From: a bacterium
GTDB lineage: Bacteria > UBA8248
Direction of reading: 5' to 3'
DNA length: 64,000 nt
NCBI GenBank assembly: GCA_963692865.2
Contig: OY843592.1
Location: 576,001-640,000, forward strand
Shown: piece by piece, positions 50,618 through 60,498 of the stretch
How the letters are laid out: every line of letters starts with the position of its first letter
How positions within the stretch are numbered: the stretch's first letter is position 1
The notes under the pieces: generated by a model
Database searches by the model: none
Told to the model about the DNA's origin: nothing
Seen by the model: the letters and a program-made list of their open reading frames with translations, nothing else
Position numbers and translations under genes: made by a program

Positions 50618-51397
50618 ATGGGGGAGAGGCCCGCGGCGAACCTGAGCGGCAAGGACCGCCTCATCGTCGCGCTTGACGCGCCGACGCACGCCGAAGCGCT
50701 CACGCTGGTCGAAAAACTCGAAAACGTCTCTTTCTTCAAGGTCGGCCTGGAACTCTTTCTGGCGGGGAACCTGCTCGGGTTCATCAAGGAGCTTCAGGAG
50801 CGGCGCGCAGGCCGTGGCGGGGTGTTCGTGGACTTGAAGCTCTCCGGTGACATCGGCAACACGATCGCCGGGTTCATCGAGGGCTGCATGGCCCTGAGCG
50901 TCAGGTTCGTCACGCTCACCGAGTCCATGCCTTACGTGATGACGACCAGGACGATAGAAACCGCGCTCAAAACCCGCGGAAAAGCGGAGCACCCCAAACT
51001 CCTGATGGTGCCGCTTCTTTCGAGCCTGAGCGATGATGACTTGCGAAGCGAGGGAATTACGGGAGCGGATTCAACGCAATACATACTGGAGCGGGGAGAG
51101 AAGCTTCTCGCGGAAGGCTGTGACGGTCTGATCGTTTCAGGCGACGCCATCGGGGCCTGCCGTGAGAGATTCCCGAACGCCGACATCGTAAGCCCCGGAA
51201 TCCGGCCGGCGTGGGCCGCCTCGGACGATCACAAACGTATCACGACGCCGGCGGACGCCATCCGCATGGGTTCGGACTATCTCGTCGTGGGCAGGCCCAT
51301 CACGAAAAGCGGCGACCCGCATCGCGCGGCGAAGGCGATCATCGACGAGATGGACGAAGCGCTCGAATCCAGGAATCCCGTCGCCGCGGCGGGGTAG
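50618..51397 (+). CDS. pyrF: Orotidine-5'-phosphate decarboxylase (divergent)
   Basis: LIVALD, FKVGLEL, DLKLSGDIGNT, SPGIRP, GSDYLVVGRPI. Confidence 0.85.
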   Translation: MGERPAANLSGKDRLIVALDAPTHAEALTLVEKLENVSFFKVGLELFLAGNLLGFIKELQERRAGRGGVFVDLKLSGDIGNTIAGFIEGCMALSVRFVTLTESMPYVMTTRTIETALKTRGKAEHPKLLMVPLLSSLSDDDLRSEGITGADSTQYILERGEKLLAEGCDGLIVSGDAIGACRERFPNADIVSPGIRPAWAASDDHKRITTPADAIRMGSDYLVVGRPITKSGDPHRAAKAIIDEMDEALESRNPVAAAG

Positions 51398-51446
51398 GTT
51401 TTCGCGCCGCTAAATCCTTTCCGGGAAAACCTCCCGGCAAGCGCTT

Positions 51447-51683
51447 TTATGGGGTTTTCTCCAGTAATTTCCTAAGCGCCCTGGCGCTGTCTTCCGTGCG
51501 TTCGATCAATGGGGTATCTAGTACCTTCGCTTGATTGGCTAATATCCTCTTGCTACGCCTCGACGCCATGTGCAAGATGTATATCCAAAATCCTATCAAA
51601 GCGCACTTCACAATCCCCACTCCAGCAGCGACGTAAATGCTCCACCATTGCAATTCGAGCGTCGCTATCTGGAATTTCGTCAC
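51447..51683 (-). CDS. Small single-TM hypothetical protein
   Basis: 78 aa with one hydrophobic helix; lower GC than the flanks. Confidence 0.45.
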   Translation of the reverse strand: MTKFQIATLELQWWSIYVAAGVGIVKCALIGFWIYILHMASRRSKRILANQAKVLDTPLIERTEDSARALRKLLEKTP

Positions 51684-51806
51684 TTCCCGTTCTCTCTCAC
51701 ATTTCATATAAGCGACGGAAAAAATATCTCCCGACGCAGCGGAAATGTCAAAGCGGAAACTTCATGGATGGAAATGCTTTTCGAAATCGATGAGGAGGTT
51801 GTTTTC

Positions 51807-52451
51807 GTAGGGATAGGCCCCCGTGCCTGTCCGAGGTCGCTCCCCCCCTTGAGGGGTTGTTGAAAAACCCCTTTCCGTCTCATCCTGAGTAGCGGCGAAG
51901 CCGCGTATCGAAGGTCAAACGCGATTGATGAATGAGCGTTTGCGAATTGCTTCTTCCTCACCCGCAATCACTCCTGATGCGTCCCAGCGAACCCTCCCTC
52001 ATCGGGGTTGTTGAAAAAGCCCATTGCAGCGCAAACCCCCTCCTTGTTCTGCACCGCCCGCCGCTCCGCCTCACCCTGAGTAGCGGCGAAGCCGCGTATC
52101 GAAGGGCGAAATGCACTCCCCATCCTTCGATACGGCGCTTACGCGCCTACTCAGGATGAGGGTTTGGGGCGCCGGGATGAGGCGGTTTCATATCTTCCTC
52201 GCTTTTGCCTTTCGGCCGGGCTCCCTCGCATCGGCCGGGAATGAAACGCCGCCGTGTATTCGCCCGTAACCGCAGATTGTCGTCATTCCGGCGCATGCCG
52301 GAATCCAGAGTCGAGGAAAATGGCGACGCTCCGGTTTTTTATCCCCCACTTATCGGCGGGAATACAGAAGAAATAAAAAACAAAGGCAAAGTCCCTGGAT
52401 TCCGGCATGCGCCGGAATGACGAACAAAACCGCACCACCTTGTAGGGACAG
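51807..52451. repeat. Mosaic island H
   Basis: GTAG REPs, CCCCCTTGAGGGG fused to TTGTTGAAAAA (~51853), second left end at ~52003, CCTGAGTAGC doublet, CGTCATTCCGGCGCATGCCGGAATCCA doublet (~52280, ~52396). Confidence 0.8.
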
Positions 52452-52548
52452 GTCGCGACCTGTCCCTACAAGGTATCGCCTGCCCCGATTATTTGGTTTG
52501 TCGTCTTGCCGTTTTCGCGCGCCGAGTTATGCGCGCAACTCCACCCCC

Positions 52549-53991
52549 TCACTTATCCTTCCTTCTCGCCCTTCTGCCCGGCATGGCGGGGTCGGTGGGG
52601 CGGCGGTCGTCCATGGACTTCTCGTCGGGCAGGTTCAGGCGCTCGCCCAGGCGTTCGTTCAGTATCTCCTCGCGGGTGGCGAGCCTTTTCCGGACCTCCG
52701 CCTCGAACCCGCGCGAGGTGGGATGGTAAAACCGCGTCCCCTGCAGGCCCTCGGGCATGCCCTCCATCTCCACGACCGCGTCGTCGAACTCGTGCGCGTG
52801 GCGGTAGCCCTCGCCGTAGCCGAGGTCGCGCATGAGGCCGGTGGGCGCGTTCCTCAAATGATGCGGGACGGGCGCGGCGTCTTGCTCGCGCACGGCGCGC
52901 TCGGCGGCCCCGAAGCCCCGGTAGACCGCATCGCTCTTTGGCGCCTGGGCGAGATAGACCACCGCCTGGGCGATGGCGAGCTTCCCCTCGGGGAGGCCGA
53001 TGAAATGAAACGCCCCCTGCGCGGCGGTCGCCACGGCGAGCGCGTTCGGGTCCGCCATGCCGATGTCTTCCGACGCGAAGCGCACGAGACGCCGCAGGAT
53101 GTACATGGGGTCTTCGCCCCCCTCCAGCATGCGCGCGAGCCAGTAGAGGGCGGCGTCGGGGTCGGAAGCCCGCAGGGTCTTGTGGAGGGCCGAGATGAGG
53201 TTGTAGTGCTCCTCGCCCGACTTGTCGTAGAGAAGCGTCTTGCGCTGGGCGGCCTCGCTCACCAACTTTGAGTCGATGCGGCGATCTTCGCGGGCGAGGG
53301 CGGCGGCGGCTTCGAGGATGTTCAAGGCCGAGCGTGCGTCCCCGCTGCTCAAGACCGCGACGCGGCGCAGGGCGGCGTCTTCGGCTTCGAGCTTCATGGC
53401 GCCCAGACCCCGCTCGGCGTCTTCCAGGGCGCGGCGCAGAAGCGCGACGATATGCTCTTCCTTCAAGCCTTCCAGCACGAACACGCGCGCGCGGGAGAGC
53501 AGGGGCGCGATGACCTCGAAGGAGGGGTTTTCCGTCGTCGCTCCGATGAGCGTCAGCGTTCCGTTTTCGACGTGGGGCAGGAGGCCGTCCTGCTGGGCCT
53601 TGTTGAAACGGTGAATCTCGTCGATGAACAGAATCGTGCGCATCTTTCTTTGCCGCATGCGCTTCGCCTCGTCCACGGCGGCGCGCAACTCCTTCACCCC
53701 GTGGAGCACCGCGCTCAGCGTGATGAAGTGCGCGTTCGTCCTCCCGGCGATGATGCGCGCGAGCGTCGTCTTGCCCGTGCCGGGCGGCCCCCAGAAAATG
53801 AGCGGGCGTAAGCTGTCTTCCTCCACGGCGCGCCTCAACACGCGGCCCGGCCCGATCAGGCGCTCCTGGCCCAGGACCTCGTCGAGCGTACGGGGCCGCA
53901 TGCGCTCGGCCAGGGGCGCCCCCGGATCGACCCGGGGCGTCTGCGTCTCACCTGCGCCGCCTTCCGTCTGCCCGAACAGGCTTCTCTCCAA
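52549..53991 (-). CDS. rarA: Replication-associated recombination protein A
   Basis: [58 protein letters not shown]. Confidence 0.96.
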   Translation of the reverse strand: MERSLFGQTEGGAGETQTPRVDPGAPLAERMRPRTLDEVLGQERLIGPGRVLRRAVEEDSLRPLIFWGPPGTGKTTLARIIAGRTNAHFITLSAVLHGVKELRAAVDEAKRMRQRKMRTILFIDEIHRFNKAQQDGLLPHVENGTLTLIGATTENPSFEVIAPLLSRARVFVLEGLKEEHIVALLRRALEDAERGLGAMKLEAEDAALRRVAVLSSGDARSALNILEAAAALAREDRRIDSKLVSEAAQRKTLLYDKSGEEHYNLISALHKTLRASDPDAALYWLARMLEGGEDPMYILRRLVRFASEDIGMADPNALAVATAAQGAFHFIGLPEGKLAIAQAVVYLAQAPKSDAVYRGFGAAERAVREQDAAPVPHHLRNAPTGLMRDLGYGEGYRHAHEFDDAVVEMEGMPEGLQGTRFYHPTSRGFEAEVRKRLATREEILNERLGERLNLPDEKSMDDRRPTDPAMPGRRARRKDK

Positions 53992-54189
53992 GGCGCTCTC
54001 CTTTTCAACAAAACGACCTATCGAAACACCCGTTTTTCACCTTCCTGGATACCTGGCGCTCATTCAAACAAAGGAAAACTTTTCAACTTATCGATATTAT
54101 TTCAAACGACTGCTTTGATCAATTTTGCCTGGTATCCGCCTTTCAAAACATGCAATCAAAACGAATACGGATTCACTGAAACGCCTGCG

Positions 54190-54360
54190 CGTCCCGCCGT
54201 GTCCTCGGGTCATCGCGCAGACCGGCATCGTCTTTCGCCCGGGCGCCGAGGGTTATGACCACCTCGCCCGTCAGGCGCGTTGCGAAGGCGGTATCGGCAA
54301 GGACCGCGAATACGCGATGGTGGACGATTTCATCGGCCGGGCCGGCCGGCGATTGCGCGC
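54190..54360 (+). pseudogene. Degenerate fragment of a type I phosphoribosyltransferase-like gene
   Basis: Reads VIAQTGIVFRPGAEGYDHLARQARCEGGIGKDREYAMVDDFIG; VDD resembles a PRPP loop whose following GT is lost. Confidence 0.4.
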
Positions 54361-54405
54361 GGCCGGATCGGGAAACAGGGAGGCAGGATCGTCCGGGCCA
54401 TTGTA

Positions 54406-54434
54406 TTGACCGCCAAATTCTACCCCGCTAAACT
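54406..54434 (+). promoter_or_regulatory. Candidate sigma-70 promoter of the LolA-like operon
   Basis: TTGACC-N17-TAAACT. Confidence 0.5.
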
Positions 54435-54491
54435 GAATCTTGCACGGGGCGATGGGATGAACTCCGACAACGACGCGGACCGGCCTTCGCG

Positions 54492-54713
54492 AAGGACGCC
54501 CGGAAAGAGGAGCTTTCGCCGCCCGAGGTTTTTCGCGCCACAGGTCATTCGTTATGCGCGACAACCGTCGTATCCGCCCCGGGTTTCACGGCTTTCGCCG
54601 CATCGGGATTCGAGGTCAGTCGGGCGCTCGGTCTGATGGTGGCGATCACGATCAGTTTCGCGCTTTTGGCGGACTTCCCGCTTCCGCCGACGGCTCTCGA
54701 CCGGAGGAATTGA
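54492..54713 (+). pseudogene. Remnant 3' end of an MMPL/RND gene
   Basis: Translates FRATGHSLCATTVVSAPGFTAFAASGFEVSRALGLMVAITISFALLADFPLPPTALDRRN*, matching the tail of the intact MMPL (FRAVGSALFATTMVLVLGFLVFATSGFAISWMLGLLFALTLSFALFCDLLLLPPLLMAIDRR). Confidence 0.8.
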
Positions 54714-55531
54714 TGATGCCAGATCGCCTCACCCGCGCCACGCTATCGTTTCTCGTAATCTGCGCGTATCTCCTGATCCACCCGCCCGCGCCGCCGCGCG
54801 CCGAGGGCGCGACGCCCGAGGAAAAAGGGATACGGATCGCTCGCGAGACCCGCGAGAGAGGGAGAGGCTTCGGAAACTTCACGGCCGAGCAGAGCATGGT
54901 GCTGCGCAACAGGCACGGACAGGAGAGCCGCCGCCGGCTCCGCGTGAAGGTTCTCGAGACGGACGGCGGCGGCAACAAGAGCCTGTTCGTCTTCGACCGT
55001 CCGCGCGACGTGAAGGGCACGGCGCTGCTCGTCCACTCCCACAAGAAGAAGAACGACGACCAGTGGCTCTTCCTGCCCGCCCTCAAGCGGGTCAAGCGCA
55101 TCAGTTCGTCCAACCAGTCCGGTTCGTTCATGGGCAGCGAATTCGCCTACGAGGACATGGGCACCCAGGAGGTCGAGAAATTCACCTACCGCTACCTGCG
55201 CGACGAGCCTTGCGGCAAGCTGACGTGCACGGTCGTCGAGCGCTTCCCGACGAACAAGCGCTCGGGCTACACGCGCCAGATCGTCTGGCAGGACAAGGGC
55301 GAGCTTCGCGCCTGGAAGGTCCAGTACTACGACCGCAAGAACGCGCACTTGAAGACGCTCACCGTGGATAAATACAAACGGTACCTGGACAGGTACTGGC
55401 AGGCGGGCGAAATGAAGATGGTGAACCACCTGACGGGCAAGAGCACCGTGCTGCGCTGGAAGGACTACAAGTTCCGCACCAACCTCAAGGAGAGCGAATT
55501 CACGCGAACCGGCCTGAGACGGGTGCGCTGA
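54713..55531 (+). CDS. LolA-like outer-membrane lipoprotein-sorting domain protein
   Basis: Signal peptide; FDRPRDVKGTALL, DDQWLFLPALKRVKRI, SFMGSEFAYED. Confidence 0.9.
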   Translation: MMPDRLTRATLSFLVICAYLLIHPPAPPRAEGATPEEKGIRIARETRERGRGFGNFTAEQSMVLRNRHGQESRRRLRVKVLETDGGGNKSLFVFDRPRDVKGTALLVHSHKKKNDDQWLFLPALKRVKRISSSNQSGSFMGSEFAYEDMGTQEVEKFTYRYLRDEPCGKLTCTVVERFPTNKRSGYTRQIVWQDKGELRAWKVQYYDRKNAHLKTLTVDKYKRYLDRYWQAGEMKMVNHLTGKSTVLRWKDYKFRTNLKESEFTRTGLRRVR

Positions 55532-56787
55532 TGCCGCTGCGCGCCGCCTTCCGCCGCGCGGCGCCCGCCGCCGTCTCGATATGGGCCGCCCTCCTCTTCG
55601 CGGGGGCGAGCCACGGGGCCGAAAGCATCGAGCACGAGTTCTCCGGGAGCCTGGAGGTCGAGAGCCGCTGGTATCCCCAAAAAGGCGCGCACCCGGAGCA
55701 GCGCGCGCACGCGAGCGGCTTCGCCGTCGATCCGAAACTCCATCTCAAGGGCGAGGGCGAGTGGAGCGTCACCATCGCGCCGTTCGCCCGTTACGACGGG
55801 GCGGACTCGCGCCGCACTTACGCCGACCTGCGCGAAGCCTATTTTCTGACGTACGGCGAAATCGGCGACGGTGAATGGGAACTCCGCCTGGGCGTGGACC
55901 GCGTGTTCTGGGGCGTCACCGAATCGCAGCACCTCGTCGACATCATCAACCAGACCGACCTCGTCGCCCACCCGAACAAGGAAACCAAACTGGGCCAGCC
56001 GATGGCGCACCTCACCTGGTCGGCGGAGTGGGGCATCCTGGAGTTGTTCGCCCTCACCTATCACCGCGCGCGCACATACCCGGGCCGCCACGGCCGCCTG
56101 CGCTCCGCGCTCGTCATCGACGATGAGCACGTCTCATACGAAAGCGCCGCCGGGGAGTGGCGCGTGGACCTGGCGGCCCGCTTCACCCGCAGCATGGGGC
56201 CCTTGGACCTGGGGCTCAGCGTATTCGACGGCACGAGCCGGGAGCCCTACGTCAGGCCGCATTTCGACCCGCGCGGTGGGGTGAGCCTGCGGCATCACTA
56301 CGACAAGATTCGCCAGTTCAGCGTGGACGCCCAGTACACCGTGGAGTCGTGGCTCCTCAAGCTGGAAGCCGTTCACCGCGAGGGCGCGCGCAACCTCCGG
56401 GGCGTGAAGGAGGACTTCGCCGCTTTCGTCGTCGGGGGGGAATACACCTTCAACTCCATCTGGGGCTCGGCCGCCGACCTCGGCCTGCTCGCCGAATGGA
56501 ATTACGACGAGCGGGAAGAACGCTCGAACTCCGAGTTCCAGAACGACCTCTTCTTCGCCGTTCGGATCGGGCTCAACGACGCCCAGAGCACGGAAATCAT
56601 CGCGGGCGTTCTCGCGGACTCGGACCACGCCACGCGCACCCTGAGCGTCGAACTGAGGCGGCGCCTCTCGGATCAGTGGTCCATGAAGCTCGAAGCCATC
56701 GTTCTCATGGACGTCGACCGAGAGGACATCATCTACGACACGAGGCGGGACAGCTTCGTGGCCCTGAACGTGACGTACAACTTCTAA
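55531..56787 (+). CDS. Outer-membrane beta-barrel protein of unknown function
   Basis: Signal peptide, DLREAY, VFWGVTESQHLVDIINQ, amphipathic strands, C-terminal YNF. Confidence 0.8.
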   Translation: MPLRAAFRRAAPAAVSIWAALLFAGASHGAESIEHEFSGSLEVESRWYPQKGAHPEQRAHASGFAVDPKLHLKGEGEWSVTIAPFARYDGADSRRTYADLREAYFLTYGEIGDGEWELRLGVDRVFWGVTESQHLVDIINQTDLVAHPNKETKLGQPMAHLTWSAEWGILELFALTYHRARTYPGRHGRLRSALVIDDEHVSYESAAGEWRVDLAARFTRSMGPLDLGLSVFDGTSREPYVRPHFDPRGGVSLRHHYDKIRQFSVDAQYTVESWLLKLEAVHREGARNLRGVKEDFAAFVVGGEYTFNSIWGSAADLGLLAEWNYDEREERSNSEFQNDLFFAVRIGLNDAQSTEIIAGVLADSDHATRTLSVELRRRLSDQWSMKLEAIVLMDVDREDIIYDTRRDSFVALNVTYNF

Positions 56788-56931
56788 AGGGGGTTTTTCC
56801 GCCCCTGCGCCCGATGGCGCCGCCGCCGGGCCTTTTCAACAACCCCCCGTGCGCGCCTTACAGGGCGCGCCGTCGATACGCGGCCGCCGCGAAGGCGAAC
56901 ACCACCCGCGCCTGACCACGCGGGACATAAA

Positions 56932-57026
56932 ACTTGAAATCCATCGATCCGCTGGGACATAATGGCTTCATCTGGCTTAACTGTTGCGGCGGCCTGCGGG
57001 TTATGTCCTCCCACTGCGCAAGCCGC
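56932..57026 (+). promoter_or_regulatory. Promoter plus conserved leader upstream of MMPL (copy 1)
   Basis: TTGAAA-N18-CATAAT then a GGCTT...AAGCC-closed stem; homologous to 62550-62642. Confidence 0.7.
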
Positions 57027-57115
57027 CTTGCGACGATTGGGAGCCGTTTCCGGTAAACAACCGCCCCGGGAGCCGGCGGTTTTGACGCGGCCAGGCGCCG
57101 CCGGACAGTGAATCC

Positions 57116-59410
57116 ATGAATTCCGCATCCCTCGAGCGATACATCGCGTTCATGCTGCGCCGCAGGTGGCTGGTTCTCGCCTCCGCCCTGGGCGTAATGC
57201 TGCTCATGGCGGCCGGTCTGCGCTTCATCAACATTTCCAACGACTGGCGCGACATGCTCGATGCGGGCAACCCGCAACTCGTCGCATTCGACGCCATGGA
57301 GGCCACCTATTCGGCGACCAACGCGGCGTTGATCGCCCTGGCGCCCAAGGGGGGGACGATATTCACCCGCGAGGCGCTCGGCGCCATCGAGGAGCTGACC
57401 GACGCCTTGTGGCGCGTGCCCAAGTCCGTCCGCGTCGACTCCCTGACCAACTACAACCACACCGAGGCGGAAGGGGACGACTTGATCGTGGAGCGCCTCG
57501 TGGACGACGCGGGGAAGCTCGGCGACGAAGACCTCGCGCGGATCAAGAAGATTGCGCTGGGCGAGAGCAGCATCAGGGGCCGTCTCGTCTCGCGCGACGG
57601 GCGCGTCGCCGGGCTGGTCGTCACTTTCGCCCTGCCCAGGCGTTCGGACGCCGCGGAGATCCAGATTCTGAACCACCTCCGCGGCCTCCTGGCGGAGGCC
57701 CGGAAGAAACACCCCGACATCGCCTACCACGTGACCGGCAACGTCTTCGTGAACCAGGTGCTGACGGCCGCGGCCCAGGACGACATGGGGATTCTCGCGC
57801 CCGCCGCGTTCCTCGTCATCGTGACCGTCGCCGCCATCCTCCTGCGCTCCCTGTTCGGAACGATGTCCCTCGTCATCGTGATCATCTTCACCGTCGTTTC
57901 GACCATGGGCTTCATCGGCTGGACCGGCCTGACGCTCAACGCCGCCAACTCCGGCGTTCCCCTCATCATCATGACGCTCGCCATCGCGCACTCGGTCCAC
58001 GTCGTCGAGGCGATCATGACCGGCATGAGGAGAGGCCTGGAGAGAGACGCCGCGATCGCCGAGTCGCTGCGCGAGAACGCCTGGCCGGTGTTCCTCACGA
58101 CGGCCACGACGATAATCGGGTTCCTCAGCATGAACGCCTCGGACTCTCCGCCGTTTCGGCTCCTCGGCAACCTGGTGGCGTTCGGCATGCTGTGCGCCTA
58201 CGTCTATTCGATGACGCTTCTGCCCGCGCTGCTGCTGGTGCTGCCGATGCGCGCGCGCCCTTCGCGCGGGGGGCATTCCAATATCTTCGACCGCCTCGGG
58301 GCCTTCGTCGTCGAGCGCCGCACGCTCCTGCTGTGGTCCGTGGCCGCCTTCGCCGTCTTCCTGGTGGCGGGCATTCCGCGCATCGAGCTGACGGACAACT
58401 GGACGCAGCATCTGGATGAGCGCTACGAGTTCCGGCGCGACACGGACTTCGTCATCGAGAATCTCTCCGGCGTGGAAACCCTGGAGTATTCCCTGGACTC
58501 CGGGCGCGAAGCCGGCATCACCGACCCCGCCTACCTGCGAAAGGCCGAAGCCTTCGCCCGGTGGTTCCGCGCCCAGCCGGAAGTGGCGCACGTCCAGACG
58601 TTTACGGACATCATGAAGCGCCTCAACAAGAACATGCACGGCGACGACCCGGCCTTCCACCGGCTGCCCGAAGACCCCAGGCTCGCCGCGCAGTACCTGC
58701 TGCTCTACGAGTTTTCGGTGCCCATGGGGATGGACCTCAACAACCGCATCAACGTCGCCAAATCCGCCACGCGCATGACCGTCACGCTCAAAAGGCTCAA
58801 GTCCGAGGAGCTGCGCGCGATCGAGGCGCGCGGGCAGGCCTGGCTCACCGCCAACGCGCCCGGCCTCGCGAAAGAGGCGTCGGGCTACAGCCTCATCTTC
58901 GCCCACCTGGCCATACGGAACACCGAGAGCATGTTGTACGGCACGCTCACGGGCATGCTCCTCATTTCGCTGATCCTGATCGGGATTTTCAAAAGCCTGC
59001 GCCTGGGCCTCATCAGCCTCGTGCCCAACCTCATCCCCTCGGCCATGGCCTTCGGCGTCTGGGGCTATCTGTACGTCGAGGTGGGGCCCGCCGGCTCTCT
59101 CGTGACCGCCATCGCCTTCGGCACCGTCGTCGACGACACGATCCACTTCATGAGCAACTACCTCAAGTCGCGCCGCGAGGGTCTTTCCGCGAGCGATGCG
59201 GTGCGCGCCACGTTCCGCGCGGTGGGCAGCGCGCTGTTCGCCACGACCATGGTCCTGGTGCTCGGCTTCCTGGTGTTCGCCACGTCGGGGTTCGCCATCA
59301 GCTGGATGCTCGGCCTCCTGTTCGCGCTCACGCTCAGCTTCGCGCTGTTCTGCGATTTGCTGCTCCTGCCGCCCCTGCTCATGGCCATTGACCGCAGGGC
59401 GTATCGGTGA
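57116..59410 (+). CDS. MMPL family RND lipid transporter
   Basis: 764 aa, two repeats of TM-periplasmic domain-5 TM; IAHSVH, GTVVDDTIHF. Confidence 0.92.
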   Translation: MNSASLERYIAFMLRRRWLVLASALGVMLLMAAGLRFINISNDWRDMLDAGNPQLVAFDAMEATYSATNAALIALAPKGGTIFTREALGAIEELTDALWRVPKSVRVDSLTNYNHTEAEGDDLIVERLVDDAGKLGDEDLARIKKIALGESSIRGRLVSRDGRVAGLVVTFALPRRSDAAEIQILNHLRGLLAEARKKHPDIAYHVTGNVFVNQVLTAAAQDDMGILAPAAFLVIVTVAAILLRSLFGTMSLVIVIIFTVVSTMGFIGWTGLTLNAANSGVPLIIMTLAIAHSVHVVEAIMTGMRRGLERDAAIAESLRENAWPVFLTTATTIIGFLSMNASDSPPFRLLGNLVAFGMLCAYVYSMTLLPALLLVLPMRARPSRGGHSNIFDRLGAFVVERRTLLLWSVAAFAVFLVAGIPRIELTDNWTQHLDERYEFRRDTDFVIENLSGVETLEYSLDSGREAGITDPAYLRKAEAFARWFRAQPEVAHVQTFTDIMKRLNKNMHGDDPAFHRLPEDPRLAAQYLLLYEFSVPMGMDLNNRINVAKSATRMTVTLKRLKSEELRAIEARGQAWLTANAPGLAKEASGYSLIFAHLAIRNTESMLYGTLTGMLLISLILIGIFKSLRLGLISLVPNLIPSAMAFGVWGYLYVEVGPAGSLVTAIAFGTVVDDTIHFMSNYLKSRREGLSASDAVRATFRAVGSALFATTMVLVLGFLVFATSGFAISWMLGLLFALTLSFALFCDLLLLPPLLMAIDRRAYR

Positions 59411-59520
59411 AGTACAGGCTCACCGACATCCTCAAAGACGCGAAATCCGGCGGCGTCGAAGCCGGTCGCTTCGGCATCTTCACTCCGATGTATTTCATCC
59501 TCGCCCGCAAGCCGGAACAG
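59407..59520 (+). pseudogene. Fragment resembling the sterol C-24 methyltransferase C-terminus
   Basis: DILKDAKSGGVEAGRFGIFTPMYFILARKPE; IFTPMYF.LARKP is the terminal signature of SMT1/ERG6-type enzymes. Confidence 0.65.
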
Positions 59521-59607
59521 GGAGGGGCGGTTGGGGAAGTCCACGGCGGTCGGGTTCGCCGGGCGACGGGGAAGAGCGGATCCTCTCGCATCAATCGGGC
59601 TGCGCCT

Positions 59608-60452
59608 GTAGGGGCCGCATGTGGAGTTGCTGAAAAAGTCCCCTGACGGGGTAAAGGCAACCCCCTTGAAGGGGAAATCCCATAAAGGCAACCCCCCCTA
59701 CCCCCCCTTGTCAGGGGGGTAAGAAAAACCAAAGCCCCCTCTACCCGGCGAGAGGTGTCGCTTTTTTATACCCCCCTGACAAGGGGCTGTTGAAAAAGTC
59801 TGGAATGCCGGTATGGGGGCGACGGGATACCACCTTGCCGGAGGTGTGTAGGGGCCGCATATTATGCGGCCCGCCGCCGGAGAAGCGAAAAAAGGCCGGG
59901 TCGCATAATATGCGACCCCTACGGGTAAAACGTGGTTGATGCGAGGGGGATAGCTTTTTCAACAGCCCTGACAAGGGGGGGGGTAGGGGGGGGTTGGTTT
60001 TCGAGGCAGGGGGAGGACGAGCGGGGCGGGGTTTTGATCGTCATTCCGGCGAAAGCCGGAATCCAGAGCCGATGTGAATTTCGAACCGCAGGACGACCAT
60101 GAAAAACAATCATGCGAAAAGACAAATTCAAAAGCAAAGTCCCTGGATTCCGGCTTTCGCCGGAATGACGGCGTGCAATCTCGATTGCAGGGGTCGTTCG
60201 AGAACGGTTCCTGTCCGCGAAAGCGGGCGGTTCGCGAACCGCCCCTACACAGGGAGCGGCAACGATGCCGGAATGACGGCGGTGATCAATTCCGATCGAG
60301 AAAAGGTTTTTCAACAACCCCGCCTTGGGCGGGATTGACCCCTTGAGGGGGAGTCGGTGGGGGGAGTTTTTATTTTAGAACCATACCCCCACGCATCAGC
60401 CTTCGCACAAGGCGCTCGGCTTCTGCTACTCCCCCTCAAAGGGGGAGTGATT
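59608..60452. mobile_element. Mosaic island J including a complete MITE at 59783-59969
   Basis: Inner element flanked by a GACAA direct repeat; CCCCCCTACCCCCCCTTGTCAGGGGGG, CGTC, GTAG and CTCCCCC palindromes. Confidence 0.85.
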
Positions 60453-60498
60453 TGGCCCGGCCCGCAAGGGCCGTAGCGAGGGCCGCGGGAAGCGCGCA

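Noticed and set aside
49988-50992. 334-aa ORF as a fusion protein
   Set aside because: Only the last 130 aa are the VOC gene, which has its own RBS; the rest overlaps pyrF in antisense
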